Numbered from the whole stretch's first letter, positions 47,025-59,890 are shown. The stretch: DNA of 63,990 nucleotides, filler included, from Blastocystis sp. subtype 4 (GCF_000743755.1; 8 parts of 8 records of this genome joined end to end with filler, not necessarily neighbours in it); one strand, 5' to 3'. Numbers and translations are program-made. Notes: generated by a model from the letters alone, not told the origin.

Positions 47025-49167
47025 CTAATGTTTTCCTTTTGTTCGACTTGACTCTTTCAATGTAGGTAGTGAAGAGAAATTAATCACTGGTTTTACTGAG
47101 GACTTTGTTGCCTGGTTTGCCGACTTCAACAGAGATGCCACTTCGTTACTTTTATCTATCACTAATAGGATTCTCTCACAACTACCTTCGACAATAGACG
47201 ACTTTGACGATACCTCTACTGGCATCTTCACTGCTTTGGAGAATGCGGGCTTCGCGTTTCCAGTTTCCTTTGAGCCGGTTTTAGACTTCAAACTGATTGG
47301 CTGAGCTACCACAGGAGGAATGGCTCCCCAACTCTTCTTCCCGGTAGATCCTTCCGAAGTGATTGTGGCCAGATCCACAGGTGTAAGCTTCTGAGAATAC
47401 AGCGTCTATATAACAACTCCAAAATTAGGACTACTTTTGGAATGGCATGGGTGGATTTTCCTTGACTCTTTTTCTGACTCTAGAAATGAATTGTGGAAAC
47501 ATCATTAACCTGCTCCTGCTGGATTTCAGCAAGAGACTGTACTGGTTGCATTTGGACTTGCTTCCAGCGGCTCGGTTTCACTTCCTCTGTCCCTTGTGTC
47601 TTTTCAGAATGATTTGTCTGTGGCGAGACTGGTTGAACCACTTCTACCATATGACGTGTTTCTTCCTCATGGCGCTGAGACTCCAACTGACGCGTCTTCT
47701 CTTCCACCTCATGGCGTTCTGTCTCCTGCCGCCGAGCCTCCTCTTCGAGACGTAGTCGCAACTCCTCTTCTTGTCGTTTCATTTCCTCCTCTAGTGATGG
47801 AAAAGGCTGTGATGGCACTCCCTGCTGAAGTGGAGGTTGCATTCGTACAAGAGGTGGAGACTGTCGATATCCAAACATATTGGGAGGTGTAAGAAGAGGA
47901 AATGAAGTTGCAGGCTATATCAGAAGCATACTCACTCACCTACCAATACAGAGAAAGCCAATTCAGTTCGGGGATAATACTCCTTTAACATTCTCCATTC
48001 ATTCTGTTTACATGAAATATACAACGAATCAAATAAGGATCCGTTCTCATACCAATAACGCATTTGAGTCGTTGGGAATGGTCCTTGGATTTTCTCTTGA
48101 CAATCGATATAGTACCATAGCAGACTATATAACTATGAAATGATGGAGTTGTTGGGATCCCACAATTTGATCATACAGAAAATCTTGAGACGGAATGTTG
48201 GGACCTGTGAAATTGGGATGAGACGGTTCACTCCAGCTTGATGTCATCTCAGGAATAGCTTTGGAAATGGATGGAACAACAGTATCAGGTTGAGGAGGAA
48301 GCGGATCCTGCTGGTGAGGAGAAGTGGACTCCATTTGGTTTGCAGACTCTTGTGGGAGAGATGTTGGTTTTGTAATAACAGACTCGGAAGCCCCCTCTTG
48401 TTCCACAACAGCACCTACCTCAGAAGCTATTGTTTCATTCGGCTCTGGTGACTCCTCATCCATGTCCGACCTTGGAGACACACTCTCACACTGCTGCTTC
48501 AGCTTCCTCAGCATCTCCTTCTGTTGATTCTTCAGCTCAAAGTGAGCATTTGCATCTTCTGGAGTATTCTACCATGTTAACAGATTACAGATACACTCAT
48601 ACGAGTGGAGCCGAATCCATTTGTACACTCTCACTAGAAGTCATGCTATTCTACTCCTTGAATCAACCATTTAAAAACCAACAGGAATATAATCTCGTTG
48701 TTTATGACGATTCTTGTTCTTTCCTAGCTATCACCAGTTTCCTTCTTCTTCTACCATGGTCATTATATGTTCGTTGATTCCACAATTTTCGCAATTCTTC
48801 AGTACCATCAAAAGTCAGACAGATGGGAATGAATGGTTCTTCTAGAATCTAAGGTTAAAAGTACAGAAAACGATTCACATCGTCTTTTCCAAATAGTTCC
48901 ATGGCAATTGGGCCTTCCCGATACAAGTCCAACAGTTCCTCAATTGTATAACGGATATCTAAACAAGAATTTTCATTCCAAACCAAATACCCTGCTTTAC
49001 GGATGTATCTACTTCACCATCCGTCCGCTGGGACAAATGTTGAGAATGTACTACTCTTTTATCTCCAACTGTACTCCATAAATTTGGCTGGTCCTAAAAA
49101 CTCTAACTGGATATTCAAACGACTTACATTGGTTGATCCGTACTTATCCTTGCTTTTGTTCATCATT
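47025..49167 (-). CDS. GYF-domain protein, GIGYF/Smy2-like (start approximate)
   Basis: N-terminal RYTIEELLDLY (4E-binding-like); WYYIDCQEKIQGPFPTTQMRYW; coiled coil; SLAEIQQEQ. Confidence 0.7.
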
Positions 49168-49655
49168 TATTCCAATCGTTCTAATACTCATAACGTAAAT
49201 AAGAAGCTTACACTTCCAAGACTCTTCGAACAAACACAATGTGTTAGTGACAAAGAATAAAACGAGAATAGTACTGCCATCACCTCTCAATTCCCGTGAA
49301 TCATTCAAAGCAACGTAATTATGCACAGAGATTCTTCCAAATCACTCTATCAACACAGTGAAACTCGAATGTCAAAAGTGAAGATAAGTCCCAGATCCAA
49401 TACCTGAATCAGCTAGACTGCTCAATACGTATGGTGTCTACTAATTCTCTAATATTCATTCCAATTAATGCAAATATATATGTATTGGATTAGAAATTAC
49501 TAATATTAATAATGGCCCCTATTGTAGTCATTGAATCCTCTTAAAGAAAACACATTAACCAATCATATAATCTATAATGACCCTTATTCATAAGCCTTCG
49601 TTGCTTTCCCTTTTTTCTCCACTGTTTCTTCCCGAGTCGTTTGCTTTTTGGTAAA

Positions 49656-50587
49656 ATGTTGGCTAGAAGCTTGTGCTCTCTCTCTAAGGGTGCTGTCCGT
49701 GCTACAGCTCTTCTCCCTCAGATCCCTGCCATGCACTTTGCTACGGATCTGAAGGTGAGTAACAATAAGAAGGCTGTAAGATATACTTTTGGTTAATTAT
49801 TTTCGTTAGCCTAATTACAAACTGTTCTCCATTTTCCGCTACAACCCTGCTAAGGATGTGAAACCTCATTATGAGAAGTATGTGATTGACTTGAATGAGT
49901 GAGTTGTTGATATCGTTTGTTGATCAGGTAGTTGTGGAACAATGGTCCTTGATGCTTTGATCAAGATCAAGAATGAACAAGATCCTATTCTTACATTCCG
50001 AAGGTAATTGTCTGCCTCCTTTATAAGGATCTAGATCGTGCCGTGAGGGTATTTGCGGTTCTTGTGCTATGAACATTAATGGAGAGAATGGACTTGCCTG
50101 TTTGACCAAAATTCAACATGGTTCTGCTACCACAACGATTCGTCCTCTTCCCCACATGTTCGTTATTAAAGATCTGGTTACTGACATGACCAACTTCTAC
50201 GATCAGTATGCCTCTATTAAGCCCTGGCTTCAGAAGAAGACAAAGGTGGACACCAATTACGAGGTGGAGAATCTTCAGTCCTATGAGGATCGTTTGCTTC
50301 TGGATGGTTTGTATGAGTGTATTCTGTGTGCTTGTTGTTCTACATCCTGTCCTTCCTATTGGTGGCATCCTGACAAGTACTTGGGTCCTTCTATTCTCCA
50401 GCAAGCCTATCGTTGGATTGCGGATTCCCGTGATGAGATGACAGAGGAGCGTTTGAAGAGTTTGGACGATACTTACAAGCTGTATCGTTGTCATGCTATT
50501 ATGAACTGCACACATGCTTGTCCTAAGAATCTCAATCCTGGTAGTTCGATTCACAAGCTGAAGCATGCTCTTCATAAGATGCATTAA
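49656..50587 (+). CDS. SDHB: Succinate dehydrogenase/fumarate reductase Fe-S subunit
   Basis: Targeting peptide [55 protein letters not shown]. Confidence 0.97.
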
Positions 50588-50736
50588 CTGTGTGACGTAA
50601 TTATGATAATCCTTTTGACTTGTTTGTTGGGCTATTGGATAGACCTGAAGTAATGCAGCCTGAATTGATTTGTTTAAGCAGTTCATTACAATCGCGGGAA
50701 TTCCAGCTTTCTCCTTTTCATCAGAATTCCCTATCC

Positions 50737-50882
50737 ATGTTCAATCTGCGTACCCTTTCTCAGAGAACTGCTCCCCTCGCAGTCAACAGTCTCCGAGCTG
50801 CCCTCGGTAAGAACGTACCGGGTTTGGGTTTGGAAATAGGCTGTAATAGCGTAGTAGTACAGCAGGTTGCTTCGGTAGTGTA
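50737..50882 (+). CDS. 5' fragment of a probable mitochondrion-related-organelle protein
   Basis: MFNLRTLSQRTAPLAVNSLRAALGKN looks like a presequence; truncated at spacer. Confidence 0.45.
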
Positions 50883-51097
50883 NNNNNNNNNNNNNNNNNN
50901 NNNNNNNNNNNNNNNNNNNNNNNNNNTTAATTAATTAANNNNNNNNNNNNNNNNNNNNNNNNNNNNNNNNNNNNNNNNNNNNGAAATCGGAAATACAACT
51001 AAGTACTCTTCATTGAAAATCAAAATCTGTTCGTTCACCACTCTGTTCAATCACCAAATGACCAGTCACTTATTCTAATATTACCAACAAACAAGGA

Positions 51098-51977
51098 AAA
51101 AACCAACAACACCTAATGATGCATCCGTCGAAGGATGAGCAGTGAGAATCTGTACTTGTTCAATAATGTAGTTAATCTTATCTTGTATCTCACGGACATC
51201 CTCATTATAAAGACATTCCATCACACACATCGCATTCCGCAAACGAGGATCTACAATAAACACAACACAAGGAACTGACTCTCAGTATTAATAGTAATTG
51301 GTAGATCTTCAAGTTTCCAAGGTAGTTCTTTGATCTTTCCGTCCACAACTTGGGACTTGAGTTGATTCACCTCCTCCTCCAAGGCATCAATGATACCCGA
51401 AATGTCATTGGTGTCAACAATACTGACATTCATAAGAGATGCAATGCGTAAGAGACCATCCCGGAGTTCATTCAATGACTCAATCTCTTCAGCAGACAAG
51501 TCTGTATCGATCGGAATAATATTGTACTTATCACCTAAAGAACAAAACGAAAGAATATGTATACAATTGTCCTCATACTCTACAGTAACAGCATGCGATG
51601 CAATCCAAAGAAAACAGATAATCTTATTATCCTCACAGAATCCATTGCCAACATAGGGACAACTCAGATCTTTCAGATACTATTCTGAATGGTCAACTCT
51701 AATAGATACCTTTGTAAATGCCTGGTTCCAGTTTTCATTATTAGTCCTAAGAGGTCCTCTCATCTCAAGGTCATATCTGGATCCCATGAATTCAGTAATC
51801 CCTACAATCGAATACATTGATCTTCTAGCCATGCTGCAATGTTTACCGAATTCTGCTTGGCTAAAGATTAACTGATACTATACAACTCTTACATAACAGG
51901 TTTTCCTCCTCACTGAAAGGACAACCTAGTGCAAAAAGTCGTTTGCGAATGGCCTGAACAGCTTTACTGCGATCCAT
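51098..51977 (-). CDS. RTRAF: RTRAF/C14orf166 (tRNA ligase complex subunit)
   Basis: IRKRLFALG; IFWIASHAVTVEYED; C-terminal VREIQDKINYIIEQVQILTAHPSTDASLGVVGF resembles LRELQTKINEAIVAVQAIIADPKTDHRLGKVGR. Confidence 0.85.
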
Positions 51978-52179
51978 AAGAATTGTATGTTAGGAGTCAA
52001 GTGTTAGGATGCGAACTAGAATAAGAATTGATTTATTACTTAAATCTAGTTTCAATATCCGTATTCTAAATGCAATAAAAGCAATCATTGTTGTTTCTTC
52101 GTTGTGACTAATTATTGAGATTCCATTTAGAATCGTACAAACGTGGTATTGACCAATTATGGGACTGATCTGAAGAGTC

Positions 52180-52471
52180 ATGTCACATTCTGGACTACAA
52201 AGAGATATTTTAGCATTCTACAAACAAGTATTGCGTAAAGCACAAACTCAGCCACCTGAAATAAGGAAGTGTATAGAGGATTATGCAAAACGTGAATTTC
52301 GAAAGAACGTATGTTTTAATAATAGTTATTGATAATAATAGGCGTATTCGGTAAGCAAGAGTGACTTCTACAAGATTGACTATCTTTGTCACCAGGGAAT
52401 GAAAATGTATAAGCAATTGGATTCTCCTGGCTTTTCTGGATTCTCATTTATGAACTCACCTCCTAAGAAAT
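52180..52471 (+). CDS. SDHAF1: SDH assembly factor 1 (LYR family)
   Basis: MSHSGLQRDILAFYKQVLR..AKREFRKN, intron, ..SKSDFYKIDYL..G; stop completed at T52471. Confidence 0.8.
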
Positions 52472-52638
52472 CTTATGTTTGTTTTTACAAATCTCTTCTG
52501 ACTTTCTAAGACATAAATAATCATATAGAGGAAGGAAATGATTCCATGTTTTCATCGATCAAGACGGAATTTACGGTTTTTCAGAGTTCTTCGCAGTTAA
52601 CAATCTTCATTCTCCACATCACAGAAACAGTGGTGCAA

Positions 52639-54752
52639 ATGAATTCACTAGAAAAGGGTGGTCCATACTCTCCAGATACTAGTGAAAGGGGTTCTGCACA
52701 GTTGTGTGCATTGTTCAATGGAACGACTATTCTTGATATCATTTCATTTTTATCGGTAATCCTCTTTAGAGTCCATTATTAGTAGATAAAGGACTTGTTC
52801 GAATTGTCATTGTGTAACAAGAGACTGCACCAGATGTTGGAATCGTATCCAATGTATTGGGACAAACGAGCTGCACTTGAATTTGGGATCAGTTCATCGG
52901 AAGGTAAGGCAATTGAAGCTGGACTGGAGCAGTATTTTCACAGGTATATGACGAATGTTGTTATTGATTTTAGATACAATGATTGGTACGAACAACAACA
53001 ATCCTATATACAAGGAACAATGTGGGAAGAAACAACGATGAATATGCTAGTAAGAGTCGAGTGCATTGATTTAAAGAAAGAGCCAAAGTGTTGTTTGGGG
53101 TCGCATAATCTATCTTTATGAGACTTGGATTGTGTTTTGTGGTCTCCCTGTGACTCTTGTTATTTTTACAATCCTTATGATGTTATACTTAACTAATGTT
53201 GTGAGGATTCGGAATTTTATTTTGATCTCCTAGATTCATATAAATGTGAATTTCATATACGGAATTTCATATTTATACATGATTGTCATTCAGCCTTTCC
53301 TAATTATCCCTGGGATGTACATTCGAGCAAATACCAAGAAGGAAATGTAATTCAGGTCTTCAGAATTCCTGTATAGATCTCCTATGTGGTTTTTAAGCAA
53401 TTTTAACAGTAATCTGATTTTCATCATGATTAAGAGTGATTTTGTTACTCGTACTCAGAAAGAATCCAAGTCATTTGTCAAGTATATTAGTAATAATGAA
53501 GTGGTATTCACTAACAATTCTCACTACTATCTATTGCTCCTTCAGATTTGGATTGTGTATTTCGGAGTTTTTGCGAATCTAATTCTATTCAATTTGTATC
53601 AAAGGCGTTTGTTTTCTTTCATTCCATGATCCATAGATAAGTTCACTTCGAGAATTCCATTTGTTATAATAGAGTGGTTATTTGTGATTGCATATGGAAT
53701 TGCGATGCAAGTTAAGATGTGGTAGATATTCCCTTCCTATTTTATTATTAGTTCTACTGGAATCAAAAAGGATGATGATAAGTGGGAATATGCCTATTTC
53801 TACGCAACACTTCTACAATGGGGATTACTCACTTGTCACCTTCTATTTAACTGGCCCAATCTATACATAGCCTTACTGCCAGCCCTAATAGCAATAGGGG
53901 GAGTCTGTGCAATGCTCATTCTCATCTTTATGGGTCTCCTCCAGATTAATATGAATGGCGTTGTTTACAAACGATGGGTAACATTCGTTGGCATTATCGC
54001 CTCTCTCTTTTTCCTTCTCTTTTTGATTCATGTCACTGACAAGTTTGTTCGAGGTAAAAATAGATCTTCTGTGCTGCTTTGTATCGAGTTTATGATTCCT
54101 GAACTGTGTCTTGTTGTACCTGTTGGGATTTTCCTTCATCGAACTGAAAATCATCGGCCGAAGGTGTTATGTCTTCAAAATTATGACTTAGTTCATAACC
54201 ATAATTATCTTCGATCTCTTGTGGACACCCGCTTTGATATGCGATCGCGATTACGGCAATTGATGCAAACAGAGACACGATTGTTACGATACATCATTTG
54301 CTCGCAACTATTTAAATCTTTCATTCAATCTCCTGCGATTACTGAAAGTCCGTATTTTCCTCGTAAGTTGAATTTATGGGATTGAATGAATAGAAATTAT
54401 GCAACTGATTGATGAATTGCGGTGGAACAATAATCCAGACATTCTTCAGGCAATCCGGTTTCTTTCAAGTACAGGGATCACATTCTCTCCTCTTCTTCAA
54501 TGCATTATCACAGAAATGATGGAAGAAGAACCTGTAAGACAACCTCGCGAAGACATCGAGGCAGGTCTTTTGGAGAATGAAGAACGAATGCACGATGGGT
54601 CGGTGCGAGGGATACCTGCTCTGAATCCGGCTGCAATGATTCAACCAACTCTGGAGGAAGGAGGACATACTGACTTGGATGTTCAGCTTGATGCCGTCAT
54701 TTTCTCTTTACTGGATGAAGCTTCTGTTGAAGACCGCTTTAGAAGAGTGTAA
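52639..54752 (+). CDS. F-box-like protein with multiple TM segments
   Basis: LCALFNGTTILDIISFLS|IKDLFELSLCNKRLHQML..W, then several hydrophobic exons. Confidence 0.55.
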
Positions 54753-54797
54753 CATACTGCTAGTTGTTCTTGTTTCCATTTCATAGAAAACCTTTGT

Positions 54798-56324
54798 ATG
54801 TTGTCATCGTTTACCAAGTATGGACTTGGAACGTCCATACGACTGATTTCAGTAGTTTCTTCCGTGTTTCCTCGAGGTTCTGCATTGGGGATACTTTCGA
54901 GGCAACGAAGACATTTTTCATCTGCACACAGCCAGGACACGCTCTATCTACCGTTTGCAACAGATTATGAAAGAGAACATGCCTCCATCATGTTCTGGGT
55001 TTCAAAGAATACCAACCTAAAAGAAGTGAATGTAAACATCCGAGTAGGGAAAGAGTTTGGAGAATAACTTGATAGCGAGCCTATCTTCCTTTCTGGAGTT
55101 TTTCCTTTGACTGTTATGTTCATTTCAATAACAGTGTTGCTGTCTCGAGTTATTCTGATAAAGATGCATCCAAAAGAAAGAAGTGTCAAGTATATGGAGG
55201 CAAGGACTATAATTACAAACTTGTTCATATTACAACTGCTTTTTAAATGCATAGTTAGAAGAGATGAAAGCGTCTTCAGAGGATGCAGTACCTTTGGACA
55301 CACACATAATGGAAGGTGTGAAAGAAATTGAACCGTGGGGTATCTATGAGCAGACAGCATGGGAATATGTGCGAGCAATGGTTGAAGAAGAGGTAGAAGA
55401 AGCAGGAGGGAGTGATTAACAGGAACGACGAAAACTACTTCAGAAATCTCAAATCAAACGGGATTCACTTCGAAATGTTTATTTTGAGTACCAGAATCGT
55501 TCGGTGAGGACACTCATGCTACCAGTGGTGATTGCTCAGAATAATAACCTCCATGACTTTTTCACCATTTTTATTAGCGGAGTTACAGGTATTCCGACTG
55601 GTTTATCGCTTCATAAGATGCCAGATATGAAGAACATCCCTCTAATTCGAATTGTAGAAATGTTGTTCGGATATCACTTTTAGGATAAATACTTGATTCC
55701 ATTGTTAAAATATGGATATCAGAAGCTCGTGGATGCGATCATTCGTGTAAAGAGCAATGAAATAGACTCATATTGTAGGGACATTATGGATATGAACAAA
55801 GGAAACTAATGCAGTTACAGAAGAAGATGGATTCCAGTACAGATATCACAGCTATTGAAAAGTACTATAGGTGACTGTTCAGAATGTATTTGATGAATAG
55901 CAAGAAGTTTGCTCGTGAAGCCAGATGGGATGAATTCATGAACCATTTCTATCGAGTTATGGATTTCTTCCATATTAGTTATAAAAGTTACGCAGAAGAA
56001 TATGAGGAGTTTGTAACACAGAAATTTGGACAGAAATCCAAACAGAGACAATCTCGGCAATCGACTTCTTCGAAACGAACGAATCGTGAACCAGATTACT
56101 ACGAGATTCTGGGAGTCGATCGTTCAGCGAGTGAGGAGGAGATTAAACGTGCTTTCCGTGTGTTGATCATGCAGGTTCATCCTGACTATTATCAGTAAGA
56201 AAACGAATTAGAGTTGAATTTTAGTGGTCCAGATGCAGAAGAGAAGACGCAAAAGTTGCTAGAAGCTTATAAAACACTTCGGAATCCCGAGAAGAGGTAC
56301 ATTTATGATTTAAGTCTACACTGA
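54798..56324 (+). CDS. Protein with C-terminal DnaJ domain (possibly organelle-targeted)
   Basis: [47 protein letters not shown]; presequence-like N-terminus. Continuity of the 5' exons is inferred. Confidence 0.7.
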
Positions 56325-56377
56325 ATTTGTGTTTGTAATAAAAACATACTAATATTGACACATTGTTACACAATTCA

Positions 56378-57149
56378 TTACATTGGAACCGCTCGATTAT
56401 CTCCAAAATAATCATACGGAGTCTTTTCAAGACTCTTTAAATCACTAATTCCAGACCGAACAAGATCCGGATCATTACTAGCAGCCCGTGAATTTGGAGG
56501 TGAATCATGAGATACAAGCTGGGATTGATACGGCAATGGTTGTTGAATGAACGGAGGAGTTGTCGCTGAAGGCGAATACTTGGTATCCGATTGCTGTACA
56601 TTACTCACTTTTCCCTATGTTCATAGTTAAATAACACTCAAACCTCTTGAATTAATCGTTGAACCTCTTCCTTCTTTAGAAAACGACCATCTGCATATAA
56701 GCAACCTAATAAGACATACCTGCTCCTCGAATACGACGAACCGCATGTTCATGACGCGACCGATGCATATAGGGAGTTTCCTTTTTTGTTACTCGATGTT
56801 CACTCTCCCATTTCGCTCTCGCCTTTCTTCGTAGTAGAATACGAGAATATTGTTTTGCGTTTACATATACAGGCTCTTCCTCAGTAGTTTCTCCCTGAAT
56901 TTGCATGCGAGGAAAGAGAGGTTGGAGGGATTGATTTGTCTATGAATAAGAGGGGATTTAGAATGAGTTACAGGATAGTTTGATGGAACTTGATACCCTT
57001 GATTGGTATTCGGCAACTGACCAACATTCTGAACATTGACATATCCTCCATAGGATCCGTCCACTCGTTGATTCATCACTTGACTAATATCTACGTATCA
57101 TCTGCAAAACAACTTGCGTACCGGTATTACTTGGATCCATTTGATACAT
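56378..57149 (-). CDS. NFYA: CCAAT-binding factor subunit NF-YA/HAP2
   Basis: EEPVYVNAKQYSRILLRRKARAKWE..PYMHRSRHEHAVRRIRGA..GRFL. Confidence 0.93.
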
Positions 57150-57424
57150 ATCAATATTATTCGGAGTTTCTATACGAGAGTTAGGAGGGGAACACAAAAG
57201 AAAACGAACAGAGAGCTAACTACAGTTTGCCAACATGGTACTTCAAATGTAACAGTTCTAACTGACATACCCTCAATATTTGCCATTGTTATGTTTGAAT
57301 TTGAAATGGCGCGACAAATAGAATTGTGAGATGATCGAACAGGGATTGGTCCGTTTGGCATCGTGCAATCGTCGAAATAGATTATTACCCTTTTACAGAG
57401 GAGTGATTCTAAGGAAAGAGCACT

Positions 57425-58414
57425 ATGGAAACAATGACAAGAGAACGACATATGCGATATTTTAGTCTCGGGCTTCTAATTTTCATGAATACAGCTCAGG
57501 TTATATTTATGCGATATGCTCGTACCTACAGTACAGAAAAGTACAATTCAACAACAGCAGTGATTATGGGAGAACTGATGAAGATTATTATGTCTTTTTT
57601 TCTCATGGTTTCAGATTGTGGTTCTATTGCAAAGGCTTTTCGTACTTTACGCCAGCAGGCTTCTGAAAACAAGCGAGAAGTTCTTTTGCAAAGTGTTCCT
57701 GCTCTTCTCTACACCATCCAGAATATTGCCATGTATGTGGCAATTTCTAATTTAGATGCTGGACTGTTTCAGATCTGTACTCGTATGAAAATTTTGATCA
57801 CTGCTCTGTTGAGTATGCTCTTCCTTGGAAAACAGATTCGCTGTTTACAGTGGCTCAGTCTCTTTATTCTTGTTACTGGTATTATTATTATCAATGATAA
57901 GAAGAAGACTTCTGTTCCTTCACCCAACATGAACTTTGCTGTCGGTTTCATTGCTGTGATCATCTCATCAACCTCTTCAAGTCTAGCTGGAGTGTTTATG
58001 GAGAAGATGTTCAAGGATAAAAAGCTCTCTATCTGGAGTCGTAACTTCTGGCTAGCTTTTTGGAGTATGTTGGTTGGAATTATCTCTGCTTGGTATCAGC
58101 AGCATGATATTCTTTATCCTTCTGTCTTCTTCAAGAATTACTCGATTTGGGCTTGGATTGCTATTTTCCTTCTAGCTGTGGGTGGTTTGGTGATTGGAAT
58201 GGTGCTGAAATATGCCGACAACATTCTCAAGGCCTTTGCTGGTTCTGCCTCCATTCTCTTTTCGACTGTGATCTCTGTATTCCTTTTCCATACCCATCTT
58301 TCTGGACGGTTTATAGTTGGTGCTATTCTCGTGATGATATCGGTTGTTCTTTATAGTTATGGTGGTAAGAAGGTGGAATACAAGCCTCTGCCAAAGGAAG
58401 CGAGTTCTGTATGA
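57425..58414 (+). CDS. Nucleotide-sugar transporter, SLC35A family (intronless)
   Basis: TAVIMGELMK, VPALLYTIQN, SNLDA, KILITAL, AGVFMEK, VLKYADNILKAF. Confidence 0.92.
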   Translation: METMTRERHMRYFSLGLLIFMNTAQVIFMRYARTYSTEKYNSTTAVIMGELMKIIMSFFLMVSDCGSIAKAFRTLRQQASENKREVLLQSVPALLYTIQNIAMYVAISNLDAGLFQICTRMKILITALLSMLFLGKQIRCLQWLSLFILVTGIIIINDKKKTSVPSPNMNFAVGFIAVIISSTSSSLAGVFMEKMFKDKKLSIWSRNFWLAFWSMLVGIISAWYQQHDILYPSVFFKNYSIWAWIAIFLLAVGGLVIGMVLKYADNILKAFAGSASILFSTVISVFLFHTHLSGRFIVGAILVMISVVLYSYGGKKVEYKPLPKEASSV

Positions 58415-58429
58415 TGTGTTTGTTACAAA

Positions 58430-58768
58430 GGAGTATTTAATTCTCTTTCGTAAAAGTACTCTTGGGATCGTCTGACTTTGACTTAACTCCGTAGAATTCA
58501 TCCCGTTTTCTGAAGTAATATCTCCGGAACTACCAAATGAAATGTTACATTCACCATTACCGAACTAAACACATTATCTCCGTGACTTTCATCAAAAGGC
58601 ACGTACAGTAGGCAATAGTATCCTGCACCTAATGAAATAAGAAGGAAAGAAAGGAAAGTACCGATTGTAAGAGCAGTCGTTAGTAAACGTAGGACTCGCG
58701 TCCCTTTGGCACCAAAAAAAGACCCTGCTCGTTTGTATTCCTTAACAATGGGAGCTTTCTCTGGCATG
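58430..58768 (-). CDS. Small single-TM hypothetical protein (3' end uncertain)
   Basis: MPEKAPIVKEYK..LLTTALTIG|AGYYCLL..DNVFS with two ~30-nt introns. Confidence 0.45.
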
Positions 58769-59016
58769 CAAAAGAATATGTTCAAATTGATTTTCGTACT
58801 TTGATTTGAAACAAACAACTCCACCTTTGTGAATGACTATTGATAATTTCAATAGTTTCAAAGCTTTCCGTGATCAGGAACATACTTAGCGATGTTACCA
58901 TCAGCAANNNNNNNNNNNNNNNNNNNNNNNNNNNNNNNNNNNNNNNNNNNNTTAATTAATTAANNNNNNNNNNNNNNNNNNNNNNNNNNNNNNNNNNNNN
59001 NNNNNNNATTTTTAGA

Positions 59017-59164
59017 TATGGATGTGAAGCCGATTTCGGAGTATTCGAGTATGTTATGCTGTAAACCTGTGGAAAAGGATGAATTGCTGATTATCGAGAG
59101 ACCGGTGTTGGATATTGTGGAGAATCTACCAAAGGTGGTGTACAGACGGAGATACGGTATTTAG
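59017..59164 (+). CDS. UTP4: UTP4/cirhin, terminal exon
   Basis: ELLIIERPVLDIVENLPKVVYRRRYGI* resembles the UTP4 C-terminus ELVAVERPLDDIIAQLPPPIKKKKFGT. Confidence 0.75.
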
Positions 59165-59797
59165 TCTTTTACGATTGTTCTGTCGGTTTGTTTGTTTGAG
59201 ATTGGGTTTGAATAATGGTACAGTCGTGGAATATAAGTGACAGGATAAGTCAACAGAACGAGCTTTAATGATAAAAATACTGTGTCTTACAACAAGTAGT
59301 TCAATCCTATCATTTTCTCTTCTACCTTATAAGTTCTGTAGTAATGAAGCATTGAGAGGAAGAGAATAATTTGCAACCAAGAACGGGGAATTAACACTCT
59401 TTGATAGTATTCTATCGTGAGCACTGGAATACTTCATTTAATCATATTATTGATAAGAAGAGACTACCTTAAAGGTACTGCACATATTCATCGAAATGAC
59501 TGTCTATCAACTATACTCAGCAACTATGCTTGATAATATCATTCTATCATAGTTCAGATTATCAACAACATATCTACAGGATCTAGATGGAGAAAAACGA
59601 GAGACATGGAACAATTCATTCTTCCATCAACCTCTATATTCTTTCATTGGATTAGTTTCCTTTTATTGCATCGACCCGAACAACTAATCGATGATTCCAT
59701 GATAATCTCTTCTTCATCCTTATTTCCATTTTCATCATACTAAGTGTAGAGTGGTCATATAATGACTTCTGACACGGTTCGAAGTAGATTGGTGAGT

Positions 59798-59828
59798 GTT
59801 CTAGAAAGAGGTTCTAGACATTTGTTCT
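59798..59828. promoter_or_regulatory. Heat-shock-element-like dyads upstream of HSP20
   Basis: gTTCtaGAAagaggTTCtaGAcatttgTTC, 60-90 nt before the ATG. Confidence 0.5.
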
Positions 59829-59890
59829 GTAGTCTTCGTTTCTACATCCTTTCATTCACTTTTATTTTCAATTTGAGTTAATTAATTATA

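Noticed and set aside
49230..49470. Orphan minus-strand TGTTTGTT suggesting a tiny hydrophobic gene upstream of the GYF gene
   Set aside because: Could not build a consistent spliced frame; left uncalled.
49656..52471. SDHB near its assembly factor SDHAF1, suggesting a functional cluster
   Set aside because: An artificial spacer (50883-50982) separates them; they lie on different contigs.
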